A stretch of 64,000 nucleotides of DNA from positions 78,626 through 142,625 of IMG/VR virus record IMGVR_UViG_3300045988_070909. The stretch is one strand, 5' to 3'. Position 1 is the first letter of the stretch. Every line of letters begins with the position of its first letter. Positions 20,148 through 29,323 of this stretch are shown piece after piece. The DNA is from a virus. The notes beneath the pieces were generated by a model. The model had not been told where the DNA came from. It did no database searches and worked only from the letters and a program-made list of their open reading frames with translations. The position numbers and the translations under genes are program-made.

Positions 20148-20699
20148 GTGGACCTAACGGGAGTCGAACCCGTGTCCAAACAACCCTTATTACAAGGATA
20201 ACGTGCGTCTCATTTTTATTACATCAGCTAGTGAGTTCTAGCATTTAGATAGTTTTACTAGATTTACTCTAAACTACACTATCGAGTTTTAGAAACTAGT
20301 TTACAAACCACCAAACTGGGCTGACCAAAGTCAACTCTCCACCACCTACTTTTTAACGCTAAAATAGGAAAACGAGTGTTTGTGGTGAGTCAACCACGCA
20401 GGTACACATCCCTTCTGTTTAAAGACAGCGGAGATTCAGTCTTACTAACTCTTAGAGTGTTCTGATTAAAGATATACCACGGATTATCGTCCGCACGCCA
20501 TTAGCGGTATACCTAACCTCTTCTGTTTCTAGGTCTCTCCAGTAACCCGACTTGATTAATAGTGTCTATTAATAAGCCAGCAGCTTAGGCTGCCATTCTT
20601 ACAGGTGCAATTTCTGCAGTTATTTGTTTTCTTCGTTTAAAGAGATTGCGCTCTACACGTCCTTATAATTCGTAATCGCCTGTCAAATCCAAGTAGGCC
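20148..20699 (-). ncRNA. ssrA: tmRNA (ssrA), unusually long (~550 nt)
   Basis: 5' end GGGCCUACUUGGAUUUGACAGG matches the tmRNA 5' consensus; G3-U70 wobble pair; 3' end T-arm ACGGGTTCGACTCCCGT plus acceptor TAGGTCC-A; candidate tag ORF GCA GAA ATT GCA CCT GTA AGA ATG GCA GCC TAA (AEIAPVRMAA*). Confidence 0.65.
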
Positions 20700-20742
20700 C
20701 ATGTTCCAGTTTATCTCTGATTAGAAAACTGGAGAAAAGAAA

Positions 20743-21000
20743 TTATAGCATTATAGTTGAGCCAGGAGGCAAAATTGTGACCTTACAAGTAAGCAAACGA
20801 CGCGTATCCTCAACAGTAAACAGCTTAGGATAGCATAGACCGCTACGCCCACCAATGATAATTAAAGCATCTCCGTACCTCTGAACTATAGTTCCAGGCT
20901 CCATTTCCTCGTCACAGAACCAATTTACAATCTCAGCTACATCTCCATCTTTCATATTTGTAAGATGTGTTGTGATTGTCTTATTAATTACTTTTGCCAT
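20743..21000 (-). CDS. hypothetical protein
   Basis: 85-aa ORF. Confidence 0.45.
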   Translation of the reverse strand: MAKVINKTITTHLTNMKDGDVAEIVNWFCDEEMEPGTIVQRYGDALIIIGGRSGLCYPKLFTVEDTRRLLTCKVTILPPGSTIML

Positions 21001-21562
21001 GTAAACACTGTTTTAATATTTCCTTAGTAACTACTCTATCAGCTTCTCTAGATAGCTTATCCAACTTTTCTAAGTCAAACTCGCTAGACTGGAACTTAAA
21101 TTGAATCCAAGTTGGTTCACTAGGTCTATAGTCTAAATAAGTCTCACACTTATCAGTTCCCAAAACCTCATGCACCATAGCTAATATACGTTCACCAGCA
21201 GCTTTAGTTTTTACGAATCCAGATAAATCATATCCAACACCTCTAGAACTCCAGTATTCTCCTTCCTCTGGACGAACATCCTTTGGTTCCCAATGCCAGG
21301 CTGGAATACCAGACCTTGGATGAGGAATCCGACGAGCATATTCCATTACGTATTCAGATTTAGGGTCTGATGGATTTTCTGGATGAGAGCCATATCGTAC
21401 TGTGCCTATTCCATTGTCGCTCCTTATTTCAAAGGTTAACTTACAATGCCTGCAAGTCCCAGTAGTAACTCCTCCACCAGAGAAACAACCACTAATAGCC
21501 GAATCACAGCCACAGTTTGGGCATCCCCATTCTTTGTATTCGTTGTATAGAATTGACAACAT
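20984..21562 (-). CDS. hypothetical Cys-rich (zinc-binding) protein
   Basis: 192-aa ORF with CPNCGC...CRHC motifs. Confidence 0.5.
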   Translation of the reverse strand: MLSILYNEYKEWGCPNCGCDSAISGCFSGGGVTTGTCRHCKLTFEIRSDNGIGTVRYGSHPENPSDPKSEYVMEYARRIPHPRSGIPAWHWEPKDVRPEEGEYWSSRGVGYDLSGFVKTKAAGERILAMVHEVLGTDKCETYLDYRPSEPTWIQFKFQSSEFDLEKLDKLSREADRVVTKEILKQCLHGKSN

Positions 21563-21858
21563 TATTTATTAAGCTTAAATTCTACTTCCTTTAATACAAC
21601 GTATCTCTTACCGTCTTCCTTCTGTTCTATACAACCATTGGCCTGTAGAAAATTAATTATGAAGTCCATAGGAATGTGGTAATTGTCAGTTACAAGCATA
21701 CTGCCATCAATATGATAGCGTTCTTTTCTCTCTAATCTAGTGGGATTACCATTTATAGTAATCTCACCAGAACATTCATTATCCTTATCTGGTTTAATTC
21801 CCTTTATGTAAATAGAATAACCAGCTTCAGCTAAATAAACTTGTTGTATTACACTCAT
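21562..21858 (-). CDS. hypothetical protein
   Basis: 98-aa ORF. Confidence 0.5.
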   Translation of the reverse strand: MSVIQQVYLAEAGYSIYIKGIKPDKDNECSGEITINGNPTRLERKERYHIDGSMLVTDNYHIPMDFIINFLQANGCIEQKEDGKRYVVLKEVEFKLNK

Positions 21859-22280
21859 AGTTTTGGAACATCAGAACGGTTATCATGATAGCCCTCGTCC
21901 CCAACAAGTTGGGCTAAACAACCGTGCATATAAGGAACAAGTTCGGGTTTCTCCTTATAACACCTGTATAGCATCCAACTCATGCTCATAGAGTTTCCAC
22001 TATGACCATTATCAAAGTACGGAAGTTTGTCTTTGATAGCCTCAATCAGCTCAAATAAGCTAGGATATTTCTCATAGAAGGCTTTACATTCCTCTAGACT
22101 CATTTCTTTGAAAAACTCAGAGAATGATAGGGCTTGCTTTATACAAGCCATTTCATAACCAAATAGGTCATTTTCTTCAAATGTACCATCACCAGCTTCA
22201 ACGAACAAACGATTGAAACGTTCGATTCTCTCCTGAAATTCTTTCGGAAGAGATTCCTTTGTAAGATTCTTGAAATCCAT
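21855..22280 (-). CDS. hypothetical protein
   Basis: 141-aa ORF. Confidence 0.5.
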   Translation of the reverse strand: MDFKNLTKESLPKEFQERIERFNRLFVEAGDGTFEENDLFGYEMACIKQALSFSEFFKEMSLEECKAFYEKYPSLFELIEAIKDKLPYFDNGHSGNSMSMSWMLYRCYKEKPELVPYMHGCLAQLVGDEGYHDNRSDVPKL

Positions 22281-22311
22281 AATCTAATTTTAATTGTTAA
22301 AAATAACTTAG

Positions 22312-22382
22312 TAACGGGAGTCGGATTCGAACCGACGACCTTCAGGTTATGAGCCTGCCTAGCTACCTCTGCTATCATCCCG
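22312..22382 (-). tRNA. tRNA-Met (anticodon CAU)
   Basis: Anticodon loop CTCATAA; T-arm GTCGGTTCGAATCCGAC; acceptor is imperfect. Confidence 0.6.
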
Positions 22383-22387
22383 CGATA

Positions 22388-22573
22388 TTACAAATGCTTT
22401 TTAATTAGTTTACAATGATTATACTCTCCTCCCCATCTAATAGGAAACTCTTTTTCCTTAGCCTCTTTATACTTCTCTGCCTGTTTCTTGTCTAAGAAGA
22501 TTTGGCAATCAGTTTCATAATTTTGAGGAGCATTAGCTGGGTGATAATTTACTACAACTACATATACTTTCAT
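22388..22573 (-). CDS. small hypothetical protein
   Basis: 61-aa ORF. Confidence 0.4.
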   Translation of the reverse strand: MKVYVVVVNYHPANAPQNYETDCQIFLDKKQAEKYKEAKEKEFPIRWGGEYNHCKLIKKHL

Positions 22574-22594
22574 AATTTTTTAAATAAAGTTTGT

Positions 22595-22666
22595 GGACAC
22601 GCAGGGACTCGAACCCTATCTTCCGGTGTGCAAAACCAGCGCTCTAGCCATTTGAGCTAACGGCCC
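22595..22666 (-). tRNA. tRNA-Ala (anticodon UGC), acceptor stem imperfect
   Basis: 5' GGGCCGTTAGCTCAAATGGCTAGAGC; anticodon stem CTGGT/ACCGG with loop TTTGCAC; G3-U70 possible. Confidence 0.55.
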
Positions 22667-23197
22667 ATTTTTGGGATTTTCTTTTTAATTGGTGACATAC
22701 CCATAAATTTCCACTGTTAAGATTCCACAACTTAACAACACCAGATAAGTTTTTTTTGTTTGAATCATGTTCTAGTAGCATAAGTCCGCAACCATGCTAC
22801 TCTCTCAGTTCATCGACTATCGTATCAGAAAAGGTCTTTATGATTCCGCAGGGACTGGCTTCAACTTAAACCCCGAATGGATTTTTACCTTGCCAGGTCA
22901 GGATATTATTACGTTTCTAGCACTCTGAATTGATTTAGCCTGTTTAATCTTATAATCACGAACTACTTCTTTCATATAAGAGTTAAATTCCTTCATGTCT
23001 TTCCATGAAATCTCATTAGCTAGTTTTGGAGTTTGAAACATTTTGTACTTTTCTAATAGGTCTTTCATTTCTCTCTTTAGTTTTCAAAGCATTTTCACAC
23101 GCTTGTTTCTTCATTACATATGGACAATCACAATTTCCACTGTAGTACCAACAACAATAATCACACTGATGCATAATCTAATATAAGGTCAATAGCT

Positions 23198-23267
23198 GGG
23201 GCACATGGACTCGAACCATGATTCTTTGATTAACAGTCAAAAGTTCTGACCTTTGAACTATACCCCA
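23198..23267 (-). tRNA. tRNA-Asn (anticodon GUU)
   Basis: Anticodon stem TTTGA/TCAAA with loop CTGTTAA; T-arm CATGGTTCGAGTCCATG. Confidence 0.65.
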
Positions 23268-23510
23268 ATAGTTAATTTTCTCCACGGGTGTAGATAAGTA
23301 CCCTTTGGTACTTACCTTTTAGTAGTATCTTTACTCTAGACCTCTATAAGGAGGCGGAATAGTTCCAGAAACTAACCATGTATAGCTCTTAGAACTCTGT
23401 TCAAAATACCACTTAGCAGCTTTCTTCACAACATTAATTACTTTCTTCATAACATCAAAGTTTAAAATTGTTAATAATTAATCTAATTCAGAGCCACAAA
23501 AGGAGTTTCG

Positions 23511-23589
23511 TTGCGGAGGTAGGATTCGAACCGTTTATGACGATTTCTAGGTTATGAGCCTAGCGAGATGACCACTTCTCTACTCCACG
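23511..23589 (-). tRNA. tRNA-Met-like (CAU) with an aberrant T-arm; C1xA72 mismatch as in initiator tRNA
   Basis: Perfect anticodon arm CTAGG-CTCATAA-CCTAG and D-arm GAGA/TCTC; the T-stem does not pair; possible pseudo-tRNA. Confidence 0.4.
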
Positions 23590-24014
23590 ATATTGGCAGC
23601 TACTTTACATCCGCTACCCAGGGATGCCTCTATCACCAGTGAGGCACGGACTATTCTAACCGTATAGCACGACTGGTTGGTAACGTCTCCAGACACGGCA
23701 TTTAGACTGAAAATGTCGAAACAGTGATTTAAAGATTAAATAGGCTCTGGAAGATATTTCCAAATGTAGCCATACTATGATTTGGTTTTATTCTTACAGC
23801 ATCCTATAATATGACTCTATGCAGATTTATTGTCAGTAATTCCGTTATTAATTAACCATTCCTAAGCTTCTCTGGAACCAAAGAATACCTGTATAAAATT
23901 ACCTGCTAAGTCATACTAAGCAATTAACTTTGCGTTACTTTTTCTAATTTTTATATTATTTGCCTTCAAAACTTTGTAAATAGTGTCTTTACAGCACCCT
24001 ATTTTTTCTTGTAT

Positions 24015-24371
24015 CTAAGAACTAGTATATCCCAATCTAGCTAATTCTACAATTTCACTATGATTGTATAGAATAGTGCCATCTCCTCCTTTAGAGGCAT
24101 TGTACCCATTAGAACCATAAGTTCCTAGCTCTTTTATCCAATAGATTTCTCTTTCAGATAATTCAGAGTTACTATCTACATATTCCAATTCCTCTATCAT
24201 AAAGTTCTCAACACCATACTTATTCATGGCATCATATAAAGGTCTTTTGTTGCATCTTTCTTTCTAAAAGTCATAACAATGTTCCTTCCAGCGCTCTTCT
24301 ATAGAAGTAGTAGTTTTTCCTACGTATCGCTTGCTATTAATTAAATTTGTAATGCAATAAATATATGCCAT
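24015..24371 (-). CDS. GIY-YIG homing endonuclease with an in-frame TAG codon (at 24264-24266)
   Basis: MAYIYCITNLINSKRYVGKT...ERWKEHCYDF[TAG]KERCNKRPLYDAMNKYGVENF...EIYWIKELGT...GYNASKGG aligns with the I-TevI catalytic domain across the TAG. Confidence 0.65.
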
Positions 24372-24391
24372 ATTTTTAAATTTAAAATTAG

Positions 24392-24475
24392 AATCCGTGG
24401 AGGGATTCGAACCCTCATTAAAGATTTCTCTTTTCAGTTTTGCAGACTGATGGCTAAACCATTCACCCACACGGA
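24392..24475 (-). tRNA. tRNA-Cys-like (anticodon GCA, U73) with a long variable arm (class II-like, 84 nt)
   Basis: Acceptor ATCCGTG/CACGGAT, anticodon stem TCAGT/ACTGA with loop CTGCAAA, variable hairpin AAGA-GAAA-TCTT. Confidence 0.5.
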
Positions 24476-24554
24476 TATTAAGATTTAAAGTACTTCTCTC
24501 TAAATGGGATATTAAATAATGAATCATTAATATCCTTATCAGTTATTTCCCTAC

Positions 24555-24779
24555 CTAGAGCCTTCTCCGCACATTCGCTACAGATAAACACATGGTGGTC
24601 TGGATAATAATCTTTACCTCCCCTTTGTAATAAGAGGAGAATTTCTTTGCAGCTTCTTTTTCAAAATTGGTTAGCTTAAAGTAATTTATTATCTTGTTCC
24701 AAACCTCATCAATAAACATTGGAGAGTTATGGTCTCCATAATAAAATTCTTTATTACATACTGTACACTTTATTTTCAT
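24555..24779 (-). CDS. small zinc-ribbon protein
   Basis: 74-aa ORF beginning CTVC. Confidence 0.45.
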   Translation of the reverse strand: MKIKCTVCNKEFYYGDHNSPMFIDEVWNKIINYFKLTNFEKEAAKKFSSYYKGEVKIIIQTTMCLSVANVRRRL

Positions 24780-24794
24780 AAAACTTAAATTTTG

Positions 24795-24866
24795 AGTAGG
24801 TAATGAGAATCGAACTCACATCCTCGGCATGGCAAGCCGATGCACTAACCGTTGTGCTATACCTAC
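24795..24866 (-). tRNA. tRNA-Gly (anticodon GCC)
   Basis: Acceptor GTAGGTA/TACCTAC; anticodon loop TTGCCAT. Confidence 0.75.
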
Positions 24867-24871
24867 AAATG

Positions 24872-24946
24872 TGCAGATAGAGAGACTCGAACTCTCCCCT
24901 TCAGATTGGAAGTCTGACGTGCTCAAACCATTAACACCACATCTGC
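24872..24946 (-). tRNA. tRNA-Gly (anticodon UCC)
   Basis: Acceptor GCAGATG/TATCTGC; anticodon stem TCAGA/TCTGA with loop CTTCCAA. Confidence 0.75.
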
Positions 24947-24983
24947 ATAAGGAGAGTTATACGATACTCTCCTAAACGCTATC

Positions 24984-25397
24984 TTAAGATAGTAATTCCT
25001 GTGCCTCAATCTCGCCGATTATTTTAGTAACCGCAATCTTGAACGGATTTCCCTTAGTCTTGTCAAACAGATGTACATCACGTACCTCGTCAACCTTGTC
25101 AGGAACATTCACCTTTCTTTTCCCTCTCTCTATGGTCTTCCAAGTGATGACTTCGCACCATTTCACGTCATAAACGCTATCGTTGCGGTCTACATAGACC
25201 CTGAAGAAGTTCTTCTTATGCTTCACAATCTCAACTCTTTTAAAGTTTTTGATGTTAGCATGAAATTTCAAATCGCATTTTCCGTTAGGTAAGAAAATCA
25301 ATTCTGCCATAATGATACTCCGCATAGTCGGAGATTCAAAGTTAAAAACTATGTTAATTCCAGTCTTTCGTCTGGCACTCCACCTCGTTTTAACCAA
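24984..25397 (-). CDS. hypothetical protein
   Basis: 137-aa ORF. Confidence 0.5.
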   Translation of the reverse strand: MVKTRWSARRKTGINIVFNFESPTMRSIIMAELIFLPNGKCDLKFHANIKNFKRVEIVKHKKNFFRVYVDRNDSVYDVKWCEVITWKTIERGKRKVNVPDKVDEVRDVHLFDKTKGNPFKIAVTKIIGEIEAQELLS

Positions 25398-25448
25398 TAG
25401 CTACTGTTCTTCACTACTTGAGCTAAGCTCTAAACTGGGATAAAGGTA

Positions 25449-25832
25449 TTATTCTATATAAATAAATGGTTTTCCAAATTCTTGCCTGAAAGACTCAAGC
25501 CAGCCTTCCATTTCCTCATCACTATCAAAATAGATAGACTCATCATGTCTCTCAGAGAACTCTAGAATAATATGCGGCTTCTGGTATACTATTCCATCCT
25601 TGTAGAAGGACGTTCTCTTACTAATTGATTCGAGCATCCCTTTCTCAGAGTAAGTCCCAAAGCATGGGTCTAGAAGATACCAATAGTCAATATGTTTTTT
25701 CCAGAATAAGAATTTAGTATCTGCTATTCTATGCTTCCATTCTGGATGTTTTCTAGTTTTAAAAACTAGTATCCTCTTTATTAGATTTCCATTAATATAT
25801 TTATCCATAATTAATCCCAATATTCTGGACAA
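25449..25832 (-). CDS. hypothetical protein
   Basis: 127-aa ORF. Confidence 0.5.
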   Translation of the reverse strand: MSRILGLIMDKYINGNLIKRILVFKTRKHPEWKHRIADTKFLFWKKHIDYWYLLDPCFGTYSEKGMLESISKRTSFYKDGIVYQKPHIILEFSERHDESIYFDSDEEMEGWLESFRQEFGKPFIYIE

Positions 25833-26239
25833 TCATCTGTCGTTAATAATCCTTTCTCGCATAGACCTCCATCATAGAATATACATGATGAGCATGAAAG
25901 ATTGTCCCTGGACTCATATTCCTGAATACCTTCCTGGATATCTTTCTTAGCCTTATATCTATCTTTTCTATTCTCTTTCTTATATTCGTACTGCATCATC
26001 TTACTTCTGTAGGGAGAAGTGCAATTCTTAAGCATTTTGGCATACTTGGAATCATTAAGAAAATCCGTAATTGATTCACAAATTCTCAGTGCTCTATTTC
26101 TGAAAATAGGAACATTATACTGAACACTGGCTTTAATTCCGTTTACCGGGATATAGAACTTCCCGCAAGAGTTATAAACTTTTTTAGCTCTAGAAATCCA
26201 CTTTCTTTTAGAAAGCTCTCTTCTTAATTTTCTGTCCAT
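25811..26239 (-). CDS. hypothetical protein (start trimmed to ATG 26239; the track ORF runs into tRNA-Cys)
   Basis: The upstream extension translates the tRNA (GSNPT motif). Confidence 0.5.
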   Translation of the reverse strand: MDRKLRRELSKRKWISRAKKVYNSCGKFYIPVNGIKASVQYNVPIFRNRALRICESITDFLNDSKYAKMLKNCTSPYRSKMMQYEYKKENRKDRYKAKKDIQEGIQEYESRDNLSCSSCIFYDGGLCEKGLLTTDDCPEYWD

Positions 26240-26259
26240 AGGCAAATAAATTAGTGTAG

Positions 26260-26333
26260 AATCTGGAGTGGGATTCGAACCCACGAAACACGGTTTTGCA
26301 GACCGTTCCCTTAGACCACTCAGGCATCCAGAC
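26260..26333 (-). tRNA. tRNA-Cys (anticodon GCA, U73)
   Basis: Acceptor GTCTGGA/TCCAGAT, anticodon stem ACGGT/ACCGT with loop CTGCAAA. Confidence 0.7.
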
Positions 26334-26360
26334 ATAAAGGGGAGACTAGCTCCCCAGTTT

Positions 26361-27533
26361 TTAAAGTACCAAAGAATCGTATCTTCCCGTACGATACAGA
26401 GATGGCTTACTGTTAGGATCTTTAATCCAGTAGTAGTTAATTTCGTTACCGTTCTTAGTAACAATAACATTCAACTTCTTGTCAATAGCGATAATCTCGT
26501 CACTGTAGAAGCCGTCTCCCACCTTAAGATTGCTGAACTTGGTAGAAGAGTAGATAAAGTAATACGACAGGTTGTGGAAGTTATGGCGACGATACTCATA
26601 GTATTCGTTGAGAGCTTTTCTTTCCTCCATAGTACAGTTATCCTCATCGTTAACAATAGGCTTAGGTATAGGATTATTAAATCTCTCAACAGCCTTGGAG
26701 AAGTTCTCAATAGAGAACTTATTCTTGTCTTGCTCAATTTCTCCAGTGTAAGCATAACCTCTGATACAGGAATACTCATACTCATTAGTTACTACATTGA
26801 AGAAACTCTTAGCCTTTCTCAAACCTTCAATTCCATGAATGTTAACTTCATTAACTATAGTTTTGAGAATATCAATAGTTGATATGGTCAAAGAATCAAT
26901 GAAGTCAAGCAAATCTTGACGTGCTTCTGGAACTTCCAAGGCATCGTCTAGATATTCGTTTACAACCTTCAAATCAAGATTTTCAAACTTCTTGACGTAG
27001 CGGATTCTAGACGGACGTCCTACCATATTATCGTTGATAGACATTGCATTAGTAGTCAACAAGAATACCTTACGATACTTAGAGTTATAAACTCCATCCA
27101 TAATTTGGAGGATTGTAGAATCCGACTCGCTGAAGTTCTTTTCAAACTCGTCTAGGAAGAGAACACAGTCTCCCTCAATGCCAGAGAGAAACTCAATCAT
27201 AGATTGATTATGGTCTCCCATATCCTTTACTATAATAACAGGAAGGTTCAATTTGTTAGCTAATTCTTTAGCTGTGACAGTCTTTCCAGTACCTTTTGTA
27301 CCAGTAAGCATGATTCCCAAGTTTCCTTCCGTGTTACTATAAGTTTTGATTACATAGTCTATGAAATCTTCCTGCAGTCCATACATCTTGTACGGAAATA
27401 CGAACTTGTCTGCATACTTATCCAGGTGATAACCTGTCATTGTCAGACTAATACCGTAAATACCGACCGGAAGAGATTCCGAAACCTTGTAACCTGAGCC
27501 TACTTGGGTGTATGTAGACCCGGACACATCCAA
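26361..27533 (-). CDS. AAA+ family ATPase
   Basis: Walker A GTKGTGKT and Walker B VLFLDEFEK. Confidence 0.75.
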   Translation of the reverse strand: MDVSGSTYTQVGSGYKVSESLPVGIYGISLTMTGYHLDKYADKFVFPYKMYGLQEDFIDYVIKTYSNTEGNLGIMLTGTKGTGKTVTAKELANKLNLPVIIVKDMGDHNQSMIEFLSGIEGDCVLFLDEFEKNFSESDSTILQIMDGVYNSKYRKVFLLTTNAMSINDNMVGRPSRIRYVKKFENLDLKVVNEYLDDALEVPEARQDLLDFIDSLTISTIDILKTIVNEVNIHGIEGLRKAKSFFNVVTNEYEYSCIRGYAYTGEIEQDKNKFSIENFSKAVERFNNPIPKPIVNDEDNCTMEERKALNEYYEYRRHNFHNLSYYFIYSSTKFSNLKVGDGFYSDEIIAIDKKLNVIVTKNGNEINYYWIKDPNSKPSLYRTGRYDSLVL

Positions 27534-27775
27534 ACTTTGTTCATTTCTTTATTTTTAATTGTTATTTAATATGAATGTTTCAGAACATTCAGTTAATTAA
27601 AGTTCTCCACTGTCTTTGATAAGTTCTTTAGCCTTATCCATTCCAGCTTCGTAAGCCTCCACAACGTACTGTATAGCAGTTTTTGAATCAATCTGATTCA
27701 TGGAGTTGCTATTTTCTACCAATTCTTGAATAATTTCACTTAACTCTTTCATAATCTATAATCGAATAAAAGTTG

Positions 27776-27857
27776 TAGGGTAGGAGGGACTCGAACCCTC
27801 ACGCCTTGCGGCACATGGGCCTAAACCATGCCTGTCTACCAGTTCCAGCACTACCCC
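27776..27857 (-). tRNA. tRNA-Leu (anticodon UAG), class II
   Basis: Anticodon stem CATGG/CCATG with loop TTTAGGC; long variable arm. Confidence 0.75.
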
Positions 27858-27861
27858 AAGG

Positions 27862-28311
27862 TTACAATTCCCTGTCTCTTATTTTCTCAGCCATAGCACA
27901 CATTTCTTGATAATACTTGACTACTTTATTGAACAATTCTTCAGGAACTATTGCACACTTTTCACTTCCCTGCCCAGGAAGCCATTGACGATTTATCATT
28001 CTCTTCTTTTCAAGACCTATTCTAGTTGTATTGCTGTCTATGAAGACCTCATAGAAATCTTCTTTAACATCTTCTCTAAAGGCAGTAATATCTTTAGTTA
28101 TCTTAAAATAACCAAATGATTGTCTATTGAAGTTTATTTGAAAGCATTTTCCCTCAAAACTTTTTAGAAGTTGATTATTTTCTTCTTCTTTTAGTCTCCT
28201 TCTTTCTGCTTCCTCTCTAGCAATATTATCTAAGTATTCACAATACTCTTGAAGAGAACAGCCAGGATGTTTCCTGGCATATTCTTTCATTGGACTTTCT
28301 CTTGACCACAT
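27862..28311 (-). CDS. hypothetical protein
   Basis: 149-aa ORF. Confidence 0.5.
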   Translation of the reverse strand: MWSRESPMKEYARKHPGCSLQEYCEYLDNIAREEAERRRLKEEENNQLLKSFEGKCFQINFNRQSFGYFKITKDITAFREDVKEDFYEVFIDSNTTRIGLEKKRMINRQWLPGQGSEKCAIVPEELFNKVVKYYQEMCAMAEKIRDREL

Positions 28312-28727
28312 TATTTCACTAATTTTATTTCACAACAAATATTGAGTTTAGGAATAGAAATCCACTCACATATTCCATTGCTATCAACTGGTTTTCCTCC
28401 ATTGATTGTACAAATAGTAATATGTGGTTTGGCATTTGCACAAGGCAAGTCTGGTATAGTAACTCTAAAAGCTATTGCTTTGTTAGAGAAACCTATTCCA
28501 TTTACTTCTACCATCCATGATTCATCAATCTTCTTTACAAGAGAGTCATATATCTCTTTGTCGTTTTGATTTCTGTGGAGCAGAGTACAATGGTCTAGAT
28601 ATAAAGTACTTCCTCTTTGAAGGACCAGATTAGCTATAATAGGATTAGCAAAAATGATTTTCATAAGCTCATTCCTATTATGTTCATTTAAAAACAATCC
28701 GAAATACTGATAATTCATAAATTCCAA
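28311..28727 (-). CDS. 2H-phosphoesterase family protein (LigT/cyclic phosphodiesterase-like)
   Basis: Two H-x-T-x motifs (LDHCTLLH and KPHITIC). Confidence 0.55.
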   Translation of the reverse strand: MEFMNYQYFGLFLNEHNRNELMKIIFANPIIANLVLQRGSTLYLDHCTLLHRNQNDKEIYDSLVKKIDESWMVEVNGIGFSNKAIAFRVTIPDLPCANAKPHITICTINGGKPVDSNGICEWISIPKLNICCEIKLVK

Positions 28728-28742
28728 TTTTTAATTCTCTAG

Positions 28743-28786
28743 TGGACCTAGAGGGCTTTGAACCCCCGACCTCCTGATTATGAGTC
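28743..28786 (-). other. 3' half of a split tRNA(CAU): anticodon loop CTCATAA, T-arm, acceptor TAGGTCC-A
   Basis: Pairs with the 5' half at 29492-29522 (GGACCTA); the HNH ORF stop codon TAA lies inside the anticodon loop. Confidence 0.55.
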
Positions 28787-29323
28787 TTTCTTTCTTATTC
28801 CTTGAATAACTCTGCGAGTTAATCCAAAATGCTGAGCAACTTTCTCCCAATTCTTAAGTATTTCGTACTGCTCATTTACTTCTTCTAGAGAAGGATAATG
28901 TTTATCAGCATCTCTGCATTCCTTAGAACAGTATATCTTACCCTTAGATTTAGGAAATCTTTTGCCGCATACTGGGCATACAGACCCAGTCATATTTTCA
29001 AAAGACGTCTTATCTTTAGCTTCAGTATTAACTAAATCTTCAACTTCGTCCATTCCCAAGTGAGGGTTATGTACTTCTCTATGACAATTAGCGCATAGAA
29101 GTTGACATTTATCTACTTCCTCTTTAAGCCTTTCTAGACTTGTATTAGATAAATGTCTCATATCTAACTGAAACTCTTTCTCATCTGGATTGATATGGTG
29201 AAATTCTAGAACAGCTATGTTTCTATCATAGCTACATAGTTCACATTTACCACCACGAGATTTTATTAGCTCTAATTTGCGCTTTAAACCTCTTAACTTT
29301 TGTGTATTATAATCATTGTAATT
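28778..29323 (-). CDS. HNH homing endonuclease (start trimmed to the MNYNDYN ATG near 29323)
   Basis: CELC...HHINP...LLCANCH HNH motif and C-terminal CPVC...CSKEC; sits between the two halves of a tRNA. Confidence 0.7.
   Translation of the reverse strand, partial: NYNDYNTQKLRGLKRKLELIKSRGGKCELCSYDRNIAVLEFHHINPDEKEFQLDMRHLSNTSLERLKEEVDKCQLLCANCHREVHNPHLGMDEVEDLVNTEAKDKTSFENMTGSVCPVCGKRFPKSKGKIYCSKECRDADKHYPSLEEVNEQYEILKNWEKVAQHFGLTRRVIQGIRKKDS

Noticed and set aside
24264-24527. ORFs whose translations contain GSNP/GFEP (24264-24527, 29377-29559, 36799-36984, 22139-22378, 18224-18409, and the 5' end of 25811-26470)
   Set aside because: These motifs are the translation of the tRNA T-loop GGTTCGAATCC. 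The ORFs run through tRNA genes and are spurious or over-extended.
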